Shown here in pieces: positions 38,570 through 47,910 of a stretch of DNA of 64,000 nt. A program made the position numbers and the translations under genes. Origin of the DNA: a virus (Duplodnaviria > Caudoviricetes); IMG/VR virus record IMGVR_UViG_3300007067_000087, positions 13,038-77,037 of that record. One strand, written 5' to 3'. The first letter of the stretch is position 1. The number at the start of each line of letters is the position of its first letter. Under the pieces are notes generated by a model. It was not told the origin of the DNA, searched no databases, and was given only the letters and a program-made list of their open reading frames with translations.

Positions 38570-39721
38570 ATGGTTACGCGCTCCGAGCTTTTGAAATTTC
38601 TCCCCAAAGCCAATCCGGTACTGGTTGATGCTATTGTTAATAATTGGCACATGGCAGAAAAAGCGGGGATTAAATCTCCGAAGCGTATCAGACAATTTCT
38701 TTCCAATATCGCCGTTGAAACGGCTGGTTTGACAACAGTGGTCGAAAACCTCAATTATACCAGTAGTAATCGTATCAGGCAGGTTTGGCCGCGCCGATTC
38801 AAAACAGAGAAATCTGCCCGTCCTTATGTTAACAATCCGAAGAAGTTAGCAGTCAAGGTCTATGGCGGACGGATGGGTAATAGTCCTGCCCCAAGCACAG
38901 ATGGTTGGGATTATCGCGGCGGCGGTATGTTACAGACTACAGGGCGTACCAATTATACCGCCCTTGGTTTTGGTACTAACCCCGAAAAATTACGTGACCC
39001 CAAAATTGCATTTGTCACTGCCGTTGCCGAGTGGTCAAAACGTGGCTGCAACCAGCTTGCCGACAAAGGTGCAACCATTGCCATTAGAAAAGCGATACAG
39101 GGCGGTTCTGGTGGCCTTGCGGAAGTAAAACGCTATCTGGTACGGGCAGAGAAGATATGGCCGGATACGAGTTTTAAAGACACGATTAAGCGTGAACCCA
39201 ATCCCAAGGCTTCTCCCATCCAGATTGAGGAAGCACAACAGATGTTGCGGGATTTGGGTTATACCGAAGTCGGCAAGCCAGATGGCTTAACCGGACCATT
39301 AACCCGTGCCGCCATTTTGGCTTTTCGTTCCGATAATAATCTTCCTTTGAGTGTGGAAGTAGATCAAGAGCTTCTCAATGCGCTAAAAGATGCTCCCCCG
39401 CGTACCATGCCTATTGAACGCGCCGCCGCCAGCAGGGAGCATGTTATCCAGCGTATTCCCGAAGTCAAAGCCAACTTCCTCAATAAAATTGTCTCTGCCT
39501 TAACAGCCTTTGCCTCTGGCATAGCGGCCTTGTTCATGGGGATGCTGGATAGCTTGAAAGAAGCACGAGAAACTTTATCCCCACTTGAAAATCTTTTTAC
39601 CAGCATTCCCGTTTGGGCTTGGTTATTCATTATCTGTCTCGTTGCGCTCGCAATGTGTATTATTTCCCGTAAGGGGGAAAAAGCCGGTATTAATGCTTTC
39701 CGTCATGGAGCAAGGCGATGA
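38570..39721 (+). CDS. GH19 endolysin with peptidoglycan-binding domain and C-terminal TM helices
   Basis: AVETAGL..ENLNY; DGWDYRGGGMLQTTGRTNY; DGLTGPLTRAAILAFR; two hydrophobic helices. Confidence 0.88.
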   Translation: MVTRSELLKFLPKANPVLVDAIVNNWHMAEKAGIKSPKRIRQFLSNIAVETAGLTTVVENLNYTSSNRIRQVWPRRFKTEKSARPYVNNPKKLAVKVYGGRMGNSPAPSTDGWDYRGGGMLQTTGRTNYTALGFGTNPEKLRDPKIAFVTAVAEWSKRGCNQLADKGATIAIRKAIQGGSGGLAEVKRYLVRAEKIWPDTSFKDTIKREPNPKASPIQIEEAQQMLRDLGYTEVGKPDGLTGPLTRAAILAFRSDNNLPLSVEVDQELLNALKDAPPRTMPIERAAASREHVIQRIPEVKANFLNKIVSALTAFASGIAALFMGMLDSLKEARETLSPLENLFTSIPVWAWLFIICLVALAMCIISRKGEKAGINAFRHGARR

Positions 39722-39963
39722 GCTTCAAGTTCAAACTGATTTTATTGGCATTGGCTGTTTCTGCCTTAATTGGCCTGATTGGCTACACCATTCACGCTAT
39801 TGCCACCATCTCAAGATTGGAGACTTTAAATCATGTCAATGAAGCCAATAGAAAAGCAGAACAAGCGGCAGGAAAAGGCCAGTCTCACGTGGATGCTTGC
39901 TACAATTCTGGTGGTGAGTGGGATAGGCTTAACGGGCTGTGTCAACACCGCCCCCGTCAATAA
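39718..39963 (+). CDS. Probable inner-membrane spanin (Rz-like)
   Basis: N-terminal TM then short periplasmic segment with two Cys; follows lysin. Confidence 0.6.
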   Translation: MSFKFKLILLALAVSALIGLIGYTIHAIATISRLETLNHVNEANRKAEQAAGKGQSHVDACYNSGGEWDRLNGLCQHRPRQ

Positions 39964-40123
39964 ACCTTGTGGGATTATCATTGATCCACTTGGTGATGTT
40001 GAAGCTACCACCAAGGACGGTACAAGACGTTTGGACATTCATTTTGAACGCGGCGTGAAAGCGGGTTGTTGGGATAGGTCTACAGCGAAAATAAAGGGGA
40101 GCGCCCGTGTTAAGCAATCATGA
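39893..40123 (+). CDS. Probable outer-membrane lipoprotein spanin (Rz1-like)
   Basis: Signal peptide with LTGC lipobox; overlaps i-spanin in another frame. Confidence 0.65.
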   Translation: MLATILVVSGIGLTGCVNTAPVNKPCGIIIDPLGDVEATTKDGTRRLDIHFERGVKAGCWDRSTAKIKGSARVKQS

Positions 40124-40406
40124 TGTTTCATTCTGGATTGCGGTTATCGGGGCAGGATTGGTAAAACTTGCCACCTCTCCCCGCGTATCATGGTTACGCT
40201 GCTTGATTTCTTTAGCGGTTGCTGTCTTCGCCGCTTGGGCATTTACCAAACCATCTTTGAAACTTTTGGGACTGGATGAGGATTATACTATCCCCGTTGC
40301 TGTATTGATTGGCCTAACAGGTGAAAGCGTAATCAAATGGCTAATCTTTTTGACTTCCCACCCCAGAGAAGCCCTTGAATATCTGCGCATCTGGAGGCTG
40401 AGGTAA
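40107..40406 (+). CDS. Putative holin
   Basis: 99 aa, three hydrophobic segments, basic C-terminus, in lysis cassette. Confidence 0.5.
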   Translation: MLSNHDVSFWIAVIGAGLVKLATSPRVSWLRCLISLAVAVFAAWAFTKPSLKLLGLDEDYTIPVAVLIGLTGESVIKWLIFLTSHPREALEYLRIWRLR

Positions 40407-40639
40407 TGTGTAAACTTCATTTGCCATGGATAAAAATTCTGATTATCGGCTGGCTGATTATTCTTCTTCTTGCTTCTTTTTCAACATCAAAACCTCATAT
40501 TACACCTGTTTATTTTCAGATGAATCACGTTCAGGGAAAAGTCCTGGCATCCATTGATAAGCAAGACGCGTTGGAAAATTTAAAGAAAGCGGTGCGCGTA
40601 GACTCTTGGAGGTCAAAACGCCATATTCTATCAAAGTAG
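40406..40639 (+). CDS. Small membrane protein
   Basis: N-terminal TM; TAATG coupling. Confidence 0.45.
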   Translation: MCKLHLPWIKILIIGWLIILLLASFSTSKPHITPVYFQMNHVQGKVLASIDKQDALENLKKAVRVDSWRSKRHILSK

Positions 40640-41714
40640 AAGTAATGCGCCGAGCTTGGCGATCCGTCACACCCAACAAAGATGCGACATCAGAGCGAGG
40701 CAACTCACCACGAAACAATACAGCTTCAAGAACTTGTTCTGATTTTGTCGGCAACACATCATTATGAATTTCATTCTTTGCCCAATTTATAATACGGCGG
40801 CGCAAATGGTTTGGAGCAACCAATTCACGCATGAATTGCACTTGATCAATGCAAGTTTCGAGGAAGAAACGGGTAAAAGATGCAAGTGCTTCTTCACTTA
40901 AATGACCACGACCATCAAGATCATTACGGCGCGGCAAATCACAAGCAGCCAAATGCTTTTTGTAGGCTTGTTCATTGCGCGCAAGCCCACGCGCTACAGA
41001 CCAAATACCACCCGTATCAAGCGCATTTAGCAACATGGCATGAGACATGAGCCGTATAACGCGACCATTACCATCAAGGAACGGGTGAATCCATGCCAGA
41101 CGGTGATGTGCTGCTGCGATAGAAAGAATAGTGTCAGCGCGTCCTAATTTTGCATAAGCTTCCTGGAAACGTTTTAAGAAGCGAGGAATTGATTGTGGGG
41201 CTATTGGAATGTGTCGTCCAACTTGAACATGGAGTGAACGAAACGCCCCGGGAACAACCAGTGAACGTTTTCCATTGGCAGGGTTTTCAACAGTACGTAA
41301 TTCATCTGGTAGTAGATCATAAAATCGTCTATGAATATCTTGAATAGATTCAAGTGTTGTGGCTGGGTTAGTTAAACCTTTATTATCAATCCAAGCTTGC
41401 ACATCGATATGTGCTTTAGCCTCAAGCTGGAGATTGCGTCTTTCTGAATCTGTACTATAATCGTTTCTTAATGCCCGTTCAATATCTATAGGGTGCGTGT
41501 TGTGTCCTTCAATAAGATTGCTGTAATAGCAATTCATGGAACGCACGAGATCAGATAAAGCGCAAACAATTTCATTTGGTAGACTACTACGAAAGGCAGC
41601 AGATTGATCGATTAACTCCATAGATAAATCAATCAGTGCGCCTCGGTGACGTGACGATTCGGAAATGAGCATAGGCTCCATAAGACCAATGCTTTCACCC
41701 TCATATATTGTCAT
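40500..41714 (-). CDS. fic: Fic family protein (class II) with C-terminal HTH
   Basis: HPFLDGNGRVIR; YSNLIEG inhibitory motif. Confidence 0.92.
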   Translation of the reverse strand: MTIYEGESIGLMEPMLISESSRHRGALIDLSMELIDQSAAFRSSLPNEIVCALSDLVRSMNCYYSNLIEGHNTHPIDIERALRNDYSTDSERRNLQLEAKAHIDVQAWIDNKGLTNPATTLESIQDIHRRFYDLLPDELRTVENPANGKRSLVVPGAFRSLHVQVGRHIPIAPQSIPRFLKRFQEAYAKLGRADTILSIAAAHHRLAWIHPFLDGNGRVIRLMSHAMLLNALDTGGIWSVARGLARNEQAYKKHLAACDLPRRNDLDGRGHLSEEALASFTRFFLETCIDQVQFMRELVAPNHLRRRIINWAKNEIHNDVLPTKSEQVLEAVLFRGELPRSDVASLLGVTDRQARRITSTLIEYGVLTSKSLRAPLSLNFPTRLAYQWMPGLFPERDSSENKQV

Positions 41715-41930
41715 AATAATGTCCGCTTAAATGTCCGCATAAAAATTCCTTATAAGATATTATATATCATAGTTTTTTTGTTACTTTAAAGATTTTTTAT
41801 GCCGGATAAATGTCCGCTATATTTTAGATGTAAAAAGCCGTGCGAGAACTCGGAAAAAGACAAGTGGAATTAAACAAATATTTGGCAATGTTTCTAGAAT
41901 AATTATAGATGTTTTTCCAAACAAAATAAT

Positions 41931-41980
41931 TTGCAATTGATTTCCTTTTTAATTGTAACGTGACGGCTTTCTGGCATAAT
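41931..41980 (+). promoter_or_regulatory. Palindrome variant plus promoter of replication operon
   Basis: TTGCAATTGATTTCCT 41931-41946; TTGTAA 41953-41958; N16; CATAAT 41975-41980. Confidence 0.65.
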
Positions 41981-42012
41981 GGATGTATGATTAACCCGCC
42001 ATGGAGGGCTAT

Positions 42013-43266
42013 ATGCTCAAACTTGCCATTCAATCCCGTCTCCCTTTGATTGCTGCTACGACAACGGATACGCTTAATCTGCCCGCCGTTATCAGTGAAT
42101 TGACCGGTTTCAATATTTCCCCCTTTAAGTCCAGCAACAAAATAGAGATGGGGAAAATCTACTACAAAATCATCACGCCCAGCAGCCTTTATGATTGGGA
42201 GTTGCTCTATAATGAAATGGCAAAACATGGCGCAAGCTTGCTGGTGATTAATCCGAAACGGGTTGTAGAGCCGATGTATAATGCCGGAGAAGTCCCTGTC
42301 CCCAAAAAATTACTGTTGCGCTTTGTCGGTAAAACCTTGAACAATAAGCAATTGGCAGAAAGGCTTTTTCCCTCCCTTGGTGGTTGTACCTTGAAAAATG
42401 CAGCGGAGTTCATACGTTTAACGGTAGAACGTGATGGTGAAGTTACCCCGCATGGTTTGACGGAAACGAGACGTTCCAGCTTTCAAGGGGCAAATGGTTT
42501 AACTTACGTCTCCACCAGTCAACCTTTTTATCAACCTGATCAAGCCTTGCAAGACTGGATAGAGACGGAACGTGATTTCTTCTTCAACGCTACTGACCCG
42601 CGCTTAATGCCAAGAGGGCTGTTATTTGATGGTTTTGCCGGAACGGGCAAGAGCGCAGGGGCTAAATATATCGCCGAACAATGGGGCATTCCTCTGTTTC
42701 GTGTTGATGTCGGAACGACCAAGAATAAATATGTCGGCCAGTCGGAAGAAAATATGCTGAGCAACCTCTCCCGCCTCGACCATGAAGAACCCTGTGTTGC
42801 TTTATTTGATGAGGTTGAGAAAATCTTTACCCGCCATACAGCAGACGGTTCAGGAACAACCGCAACCATGCTGTCACAATTGCTCTGGTGGCTGGCAGAA
42901 CGTAAGTCAAAGGTTCTGGTGGTGATGACCACCAACAAGGCAAAAATCTTGCCTCCTGAACTTTACCGTGACGGCCGTATTGACCAGACAATGTTCTTTG
43001 GTGGGATTGAAAAGATCCAAGCCCCCGACTTTATCCGCAATGTGCTGTCAACGTTCAATATCAATCATGTTGATGAAACCGCCATTGATTGGATGTTAAA
43101 ACAATCTCATGAATTGGAGGGAGAGCGTTATTCCCAAGCAGCCCTCACCAATGCAGCGATTGTTGCTATCAAGCAAGGGCTTGTGTCTTTTGAGAATAAT
43201 TTAGAACTCACTGCAATTGATTGCAAAAATATTCCCAAGTATAATCAGAGGATAGAGCAAGCATGA
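42013..43266 (+). CDS. AAA+ ATPase
   Basis: Walker A GFAGTGKS, Walker B ALFDEVEK, sensor TTN, Arg finger PPELYRDGRID. Confidence 0.9.
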   Translation: MLKLAIQSRLPLIAATTTDTLNLPAVISELTGFNISPFKSSNKIEMGKIYYKIITPSSLYDWELLYNEMAKHGASLLVINPKRVVEPMYNAGEVPVPKKLLLRFVGKTLNNKQLAERLFPSLGGCTLKNAAEFIRLTVERDGEVTPHGLTETRRSSFQGANGLTYVSTSQPFYQPDQALQDWIETERDFFFNATDPRLMPRGLLFDGFAGTGKSAGAKYIAEQWGIPLFRVDVGTTKNKYVGQSEENMLSNLSRLDHEEPCVALFDEVEKIFTRHTADGSGTTATMLSQLLWWLAERKSKVLVVMTTNKAKILPPELYRDGRIDQTMFFGGIEKIQAPDFIRNVLSTFNINHVDETAIDWMLKQSHELEGERYSQAALTNAAIVAIKQGLVSFENNLELTAIDCKNIPKYNQRIEQA

Positions 43267-43853
43267 CAAGTAAAAATCAAGTATTAATGGATGGCACGAA
43301 CGAACCGGAAAGTTATCTGAAAATCGGTCAAAAGGGCAATATGGCGGTAGGGCTAAAAATCTTGCCTCTTATCCTGGGTGAGATGTTGAGTATGCCAGAC
43401 AAAATTTTGCTTGTCTGTCGTATCAGGGTTGCTCCCGATAAAATCACTTCCGATCAAGAGCAGAAATATACCATGCCGAAAGATGCTTTTCCTGATGTCA
43501 AGTGGAACAAGTCTGACAAAAATCGGGCATCAACCCTGTTGCATGTTGCCATCCCCAATTATCAACAAGCTGTTGAGGCGTTCATTGCCGATATAGAAAC
43601 CAATTTGTCCGATAAAGTTTACAGTCAAATCACCGACCATTTGAAAGATGATTGTCTGGAACAAACTCATCAAACAACCCTCAATTATATTCAGGAACGG
43701 TTGGACAATATCAAGCAAGAGCTTGTCCAAGTCATAGGTGGGATTGAGGTAACAGAACCAACCGGCAATATCTTGGATTTCATGGGATCAAGCATCGCCA
43801 CTGCTTTAAAGAACAAGAATATGTCCCTAAAAGACAAACCAGAAATTCATTGA
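43263..43853 (+). CDS. Hypothetical protein
   Basis: 196 aa, ATGA-coupled. Confidence 0.65.
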   Translation: MTSKNQVLMDGTNEPESYLKIGQKGNMAVGLKILPLILGEMLSMPDKILLVCRIRVAPDKITSDQEQKYTMPKDAFPDVKWNKSDKNRASTLLHVAIPNYQQAVEAFIADIETNLSDKVYSQITDHLKDDCLEQTHQTTLNYIQERLDNIKQELVQVIGGIEVTEPTGNILDFMGSSIATALKNKNMSLKDKPEIH

Positions 43854-43861
43854 GGAAAGTT

Positions 43862-44209
43862 ATGCAAATAACCATAGCAAAGGCGAGAGAATTTACCAAC
43901 ACATTGTCAGCCGCCGTTCTTCTCCAAACCATCCATTCTTGTTTGGGCAATCGGGGAAAGAGCCTCGTCCATGAGGGGGATATATGGGTAGTATTGACGA
44001 AAGACCTGTGTCTGGAAGAGTCGGGGTTGCATTATTACGAATATCGAAATGCAATGCGCCGCTTAAAATATCTGGATATTATTCAGTCTGAAACATATCG
44101 TATTGAAGGACGAAATCGTAAATATGTTCGTTTCACCGACAGGTTCGTTGAGCAAATGAACAGCCGTGACATCAACATACTCAACCTCAAGACTTTTGGG
44201 AGAACATGA
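43862..44209 (+). CDS. Winged-HTH protein, paralogue of initiator N-terminus
   Basis: AAVLL..WVVL..EYRNAMRRLK aligns with 44206 ORF. Confidence 0.6.
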   Translation: MQITIAKAREFTNTLSAAVLLQTIHSCLGNRGKSLVHEGDIWVVLTKDLCLEESGLHYYEYRNAMRRLKYLDIIQSETYRIEGRNRKYVRFTDRFVEQMNSRDINILNLKTFGRT

Positions 44210-45438
44210 TGGTATCACCTATTGGGGAAGCGAGGAAAATCGCCGGAACATGGCCCGCCGCCGTTATTCTTTATAGACTTCAATATTGGATGAAGAAAAC
44301 CAAAATCACCCGAAACGGGCATAAATGGGTCGTCATGTCACGAGAAGAATGGCTGGAAGAATTGTCGTTGACGCTTGATGAGTACCGTGGCGGAATGAAA
44401 CACCTAAAAGACTTGTGTATTATTCACACTGAAAAACATCTTTTTAAAGGTAAAATTCACTCCTTTATTAGGTTTACTGATGGGTTTAATAAACATGAAA
44501 AAGAAGAAAAACCCAAGCAAAACAATAGAGGGGGTAAACCCGCTAACGATAAGGGGCGTAGAACCTCTACTATAATAGAGGGCTGTACCCCCTTACTGGA
44601 TAACGGGGACAAAACCTCTATTAATGGAGGGTCTAATCCCTCTACCATTAGCGGGCTGAATCCCTCCATCCATATAAATACTACGTATTTATATAAGAGT
44701 GAGTTAGATAAGAGTGAGATAAAAGGAGTGAGTAGCGGGAGTTCTCCCGCCAGTGCATTTTTGCCCGGAACAAAATTTGCCTCGGAGGGAGAAAAAATTG
44801 AGAAAAATAAAACCCAAAATACGAGGAAAATAAAACACGAAAATTTGGAAAATCCCCCGAAACAAAAATTAGAAAATCCTAAAAATTCAAATGAGGGAAA
44901 AATGAAAGTTGCGGATGTTTTACAAAATCTGAAAGGAAGCAAACACAATCACCGAAAAGACAGTGTTCCGCAATTGACCTTTCTTTGGAAAAATCTTGTC
45001 CCAGAATTATTCGATGTTGAATATGTCCATTTGACCAAACAGCAATGCGGTATGTTTAAACATTTTCGCGATAAATGCCCGAAAGGAGAAGCTTCTAAAA
45101 TTTTGGAATGGACGCTGAATAACTGGATCAAGTTCGTTAAAGAGGTTGAGAGTCGGATGGGCATCAAAAATACTCCGGCTTACCCAAAGGTAGATTTTCT
45201 GCTGAAATATACCGACATTGCCGTGGATTTACAGAAAAAAGCAAGAAATTGGAAAAAAGGGCTTGCATCACCACAGCTTTCAGATAAATTAGAAGAAAAT
45301 TTGCAATTGATTGCAAACGGTGGAAAATCACCACAGACCCCACCGCCGCCAAGGCGACAGTCTGATCAACAGCCGCAATCGTACAATGATTTGATGTCGA
45401 TTATAGGCAGTGGAAGTGAGTGTACTGATGAAGTTTGA
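44206..45438 (+). CDS. Putative replication initiator
   Basis: N-terminal wHTH, low-complexity linker carrying DNA repeats, followed by loader-like and DnaB genes. Confidence 0.65.
   Translation: MMVSPIGEARKIAGTWPAAVILYRLQYWMKKTKITRNGHKWVVMSREEWLEELSLTLDEYRGGMKHLKDLCIIHTEKHLFKGKIHSFIRFTDGFNKHEKEEKPKQNNRGGKPANDKGRRTSTIIEGCTPLLDNGDKTSINGGSNPSTISGLNPSIHINTTYLYKSELDKSEIKGVSSGSSPASAFLPGTKFASEGEKIEKNKTQNTRKIKHENLENPPKQKLENPKNSNEGKMKVADVLQNLKGSKHNHRKDSVPQLTFLWKNLVPELFDVEYVHLTKQQCGMFKHFRDKCPKGEASKILEWTLNNWIKFVKEVESRMGIKNTPAYPKVDFLLKYTDIAVDLQKKARNWKKGLASPQLSDKLEENLQLIANGGKSPQTPPPPRRQSDQQPQSYNDLMSIIGSGSECTDEV
44527..44683. repeat. Iteron-like repeats plus AT-rich palindrome (candidate origin)
   Basis: About six GGG-N5-6-CC(C/T)CT units at 21-26 bp spacing; TATAAATAC-TAC-GTATTTATA 44663-44683. 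Confidence 0.55.
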
Positions 45439-45991
45439 TCCTTACGCCTCTGGCGCATTGAATAAAAAAATTCATGAACGGCTGGTTGCCGACTTGGATA
45501 ATTTCGCCAAGGATGCCGGAATAACGCCGAATTGGATTACTGACCCTCTCCCCAAAACCATTACTCAAATCGAACGCGATTATTTACGAGAATTTAAAGG
45601 GCAATCAAGCAAAGGTAATTCTGGCTTATGCCTTATCAGCCGCAATGAACATGGGCAAAATGAAATTCATACCTCAGCTCTTGCCGGTTGTTTGGTAAGA
45701 AACTTTATCCGCGCCCGTGTAGTAACTTTAGGGGCAACCCTCGACCTACTTGCCAAGCACGACATGCCCGACCTGTCCGCAATCCTCATCCCCAACTTTT
45801 TTATTTCCGCTGCTGATGGTGGCACAATCGCCAGTTGGCAAATCAATGCGCTCTATGATTTTCTAGTTTCTCGCCACACACGGGGTTTACAGACAATTCT
45901 CTGTATTTCTGATCGCAACACCCTATCCAAGGAATACGGCGATGCCTTTATCCGGCTGATTGATACCCACTATCTGCAAACCAAGATTTGA
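45428..45991 (+). CDS. Degenerate DnaC/IstB-like helicase loader
   Basis: Between initiator and DnaB; FIRARVVTL..LDLL, LYDFLVSR...TILCIS; no intact Walker A. Confidence 0.5.
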   Translation: MKFDPYASGALNKKIHERLVADLDNFAKDAGITPNWITDPLPKTITQIERDYLREFKGQSSKGNSGLCLISRNEHGQNEIHTSALAGCLVRNFIRARVVTLGATLDLLAKHDMPDLSAILIPNFFISAADGGTIASWQINALYDFLVSRHTRGLQTILCISDRNTLSKEYGDAFIRLIDTHYLQTKI

Positions 45992-46002
45992 GGGGAAAAT
46001 CC

Positions 46003-47271
46003 ATGTCTTTGGGTAAAAAATTCATCCATGCTGCTTTGAGTGAAAACAATGTTTCCTCCCTGCTTACCTACGGTAAAATTGACCATTTGTTCCGCCTGTC
46101 TGAACTCCCTGTCTATGAATTTGTTCGTGATTTTGTAAGCTCTTATCATAAGCTGCCAAGTGAGGAGACCATCTTGGCACATACGGGGGAAGAGTTAAGT
46201 CCGGCAACAGAACCCGCCGCTTATTATCATGATCTGATGCAATTGCGTTATCAGGAAAGCACGATGAAAAAGGCGATGAAAGATGCCAGTGATCTTTTCC
46301 TGCCTGAAAACAAGAATATTTCTCAAGCCTTGGAAGTTCTCACCTCTACTGTTTTGGAACTTGCCACTGCCAAACTACAACGTCAAGTCGTTGATTTTCG
46401 TGAAGCCCATGATGTGCTGATGGCCGATTATGCCGCCAAATGGGATTTGAAAGATGGGGCGGGCTTGCAGCTTGGTTGGCCGACTTTGGACGCTATGTCA
46501 GGCGGTTTCGTCAAGGGTGATGTACTGAGTATAGTCGGCAGACCAAGCCAAGGAAAATCCTGGCAGATGCTCTATGCTGCGCATCATGGCTGGAATGCCG
46601 CTAAAAAGGCACAGGAAGCCCACCAGTCGCGTTTGTTTGTTTCTATGGAAATGGGATTAGTTCCTGTTCAACAACGCTTAGCGGCGATGCAAGCCCATAT
46701 TCCGGCCTCGCAACTCAAACATGCCAGCCTATCCAGTAAAAATTTGAAAAAGCTCAAAGAGGGGTTGGTTGAAATACAGGATTATGGTGATCCTTTCTGG
46801 ATCGTCGATGGTAATCTGGCGGCAACAGTTGAGGATATTTGGGCTTTGGCAAGACAACTCAACCCCGATGCCATCTTCATTGACGGCGGTTATCTTGTCA
46901 AACATCCGACAGAACGCGACCGATACCGCCGTGTTGCTGAAAATGCTGAACTGATAAAATCAGAACTCTCTCCTCTTGCCCCGACTGTCTGTAGCTGGCA
47001 ATTCGCTAAAACTGCCAGCAATAAATCCAAGAAAAAAGGCGAGAAAGTCACCTATGATGACATTGGCTACACCGATGCGATAGCACAGGTATCATCCCTC
47101 GTTGTCGGCCTATTTGAGGAAGAAAGCGTTGAAACCCTCAATAGGCGCAAGAATGAAATCTTGAAAGGAAGGAATGGCGAAACCGGCAGTTTCATCACCA
47201 ACTGGAATTTCCAGACTATGGATTTTTCCGAAGTCGAAGAACAAGATGTTTCCGAACTTCAATTTCTTTAA
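46003..47271 (+). CDS. dnaB: DnaB-like replicative helicase
   Basis: GWPTLDAMSGG, GRPSQGKS, FVSMEM, IFIDG, LKGRNGETG. Confidence 0.92.
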   Translation: MSLGKKFIHAALSENNVSSLLTYGKIDHLFRLSELPVYEFVRDFVSSYHKLPSEETILAHTGEELSPATEPAAYYHDLMQLRYQESTMKKAMKDASDLFLPENKNISQALEVLTSTVLELATAKLQRQVVDFREAHDVLMADYAAKWDLKDGAGLQLGWPTLDAMSGGFVKGDVLSIVGRPSQGKSWQMLYAAHHGWNAAKKAQEAHQSRLFVSMEMGLVPVQQRLAAMQAHIPASQLKHASLSSKNLKKLKEGLVEIQDYGDPFWIVDGNLAATVEDIWALARQLNPDAIFIDGGYLVKHPTERDRYRRVAENAELIKSELSPLAPTVCSWQFAKTASNKSKKKGEKVTYDDIGYTDAIAQVSSLVVGLFEEESVETLNRRKNEILKGRNGETGSFITNWNFQTMDFSEVEEQDVSELQFL

Positions 47272-47287
47272 TTTTCTAAAAAATAAT

Positions 47288-47338
47288 TTGCAATTGATTT
47301 CATTTTATTGTTGTCAGGCCTCGTCTTTAGGGTAAGAT
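47288..47338 (+). promoter_or_regulatory. Palindrome variant plus promoter
   Basis: TTGCAATTGATTTCAT 47288-47303; TTGTCA 47311-47316; N16; TAAGAT 47333-47338. Confidence 0.65.
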
Positions 47339-47379
47339 AAAAATATCAAAACAAAAACGAACCCAAGAGAGGTTACGAT

Positions 47380-47910
47380 ATGGTTATTACTCATACTTAC
47401 AAAGACGTTGCCAGTATTCCAGAAATACGCATGCCTACTATCCTTAGCGATAAGTGGGAAATTGAGAAATTAGGCGGGGTTGAAGATTGGCTGAATAAGC
47501 CTTACTCATTTCAAGAAATGTCAGAACAAGGGGTGGCGGCTGAAACAATTGCCGATTTATTTGCCAAGTCCGACAAAGTTTCCGACAGCGTAAAGAAATT
47601 GTTTGTCCAGCGTTGTGTCATGCGGCTGTTACCATTGTTGCAGGAGCTTATCCAACAAGCATCGCAAAGCCGGGTGCAGCTACACACTTTCCGCAAACGT
47701 GAAGATGTCCATATGCTATTTGAGGCATTGCAAGCGGCAACGTCTCATAATTCCATTTGGGTGGCAACGACCTTTACTTTTAAAAACACGCTCAATGCCG
47801 TTTATTTGGCGTATGGCTGTCATGGTAACAAAAAATATGAAGAAGAACGTGACCAGCAACTGAATGACATTTTCGAGCTAACAAAAGTACAAATGGAGGG
47901 TGTACAATGA
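47380..47910 (+). CDS. Hypothetical helical protein (paralogue 1)
   Basis: LFAKSDKVSDSVKKLFVQRCVMRL. Confidence 0.65.
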   Translation: MVITHTYKDVASIPEIRMPTILSDKWEIEKLGGVEDWLNKPYSFQEMSEQGVAAETIADLFAKSDKVSDSVKKLFVQRCVMRLLPLLQELIQQASQSRVQLHTFRKREDVHMLFEALQAATSHNSIWVATTFTFKNTLNAVYLAYGCHGNKKYEEERDQQLNDIFELTKVQMEGVQ

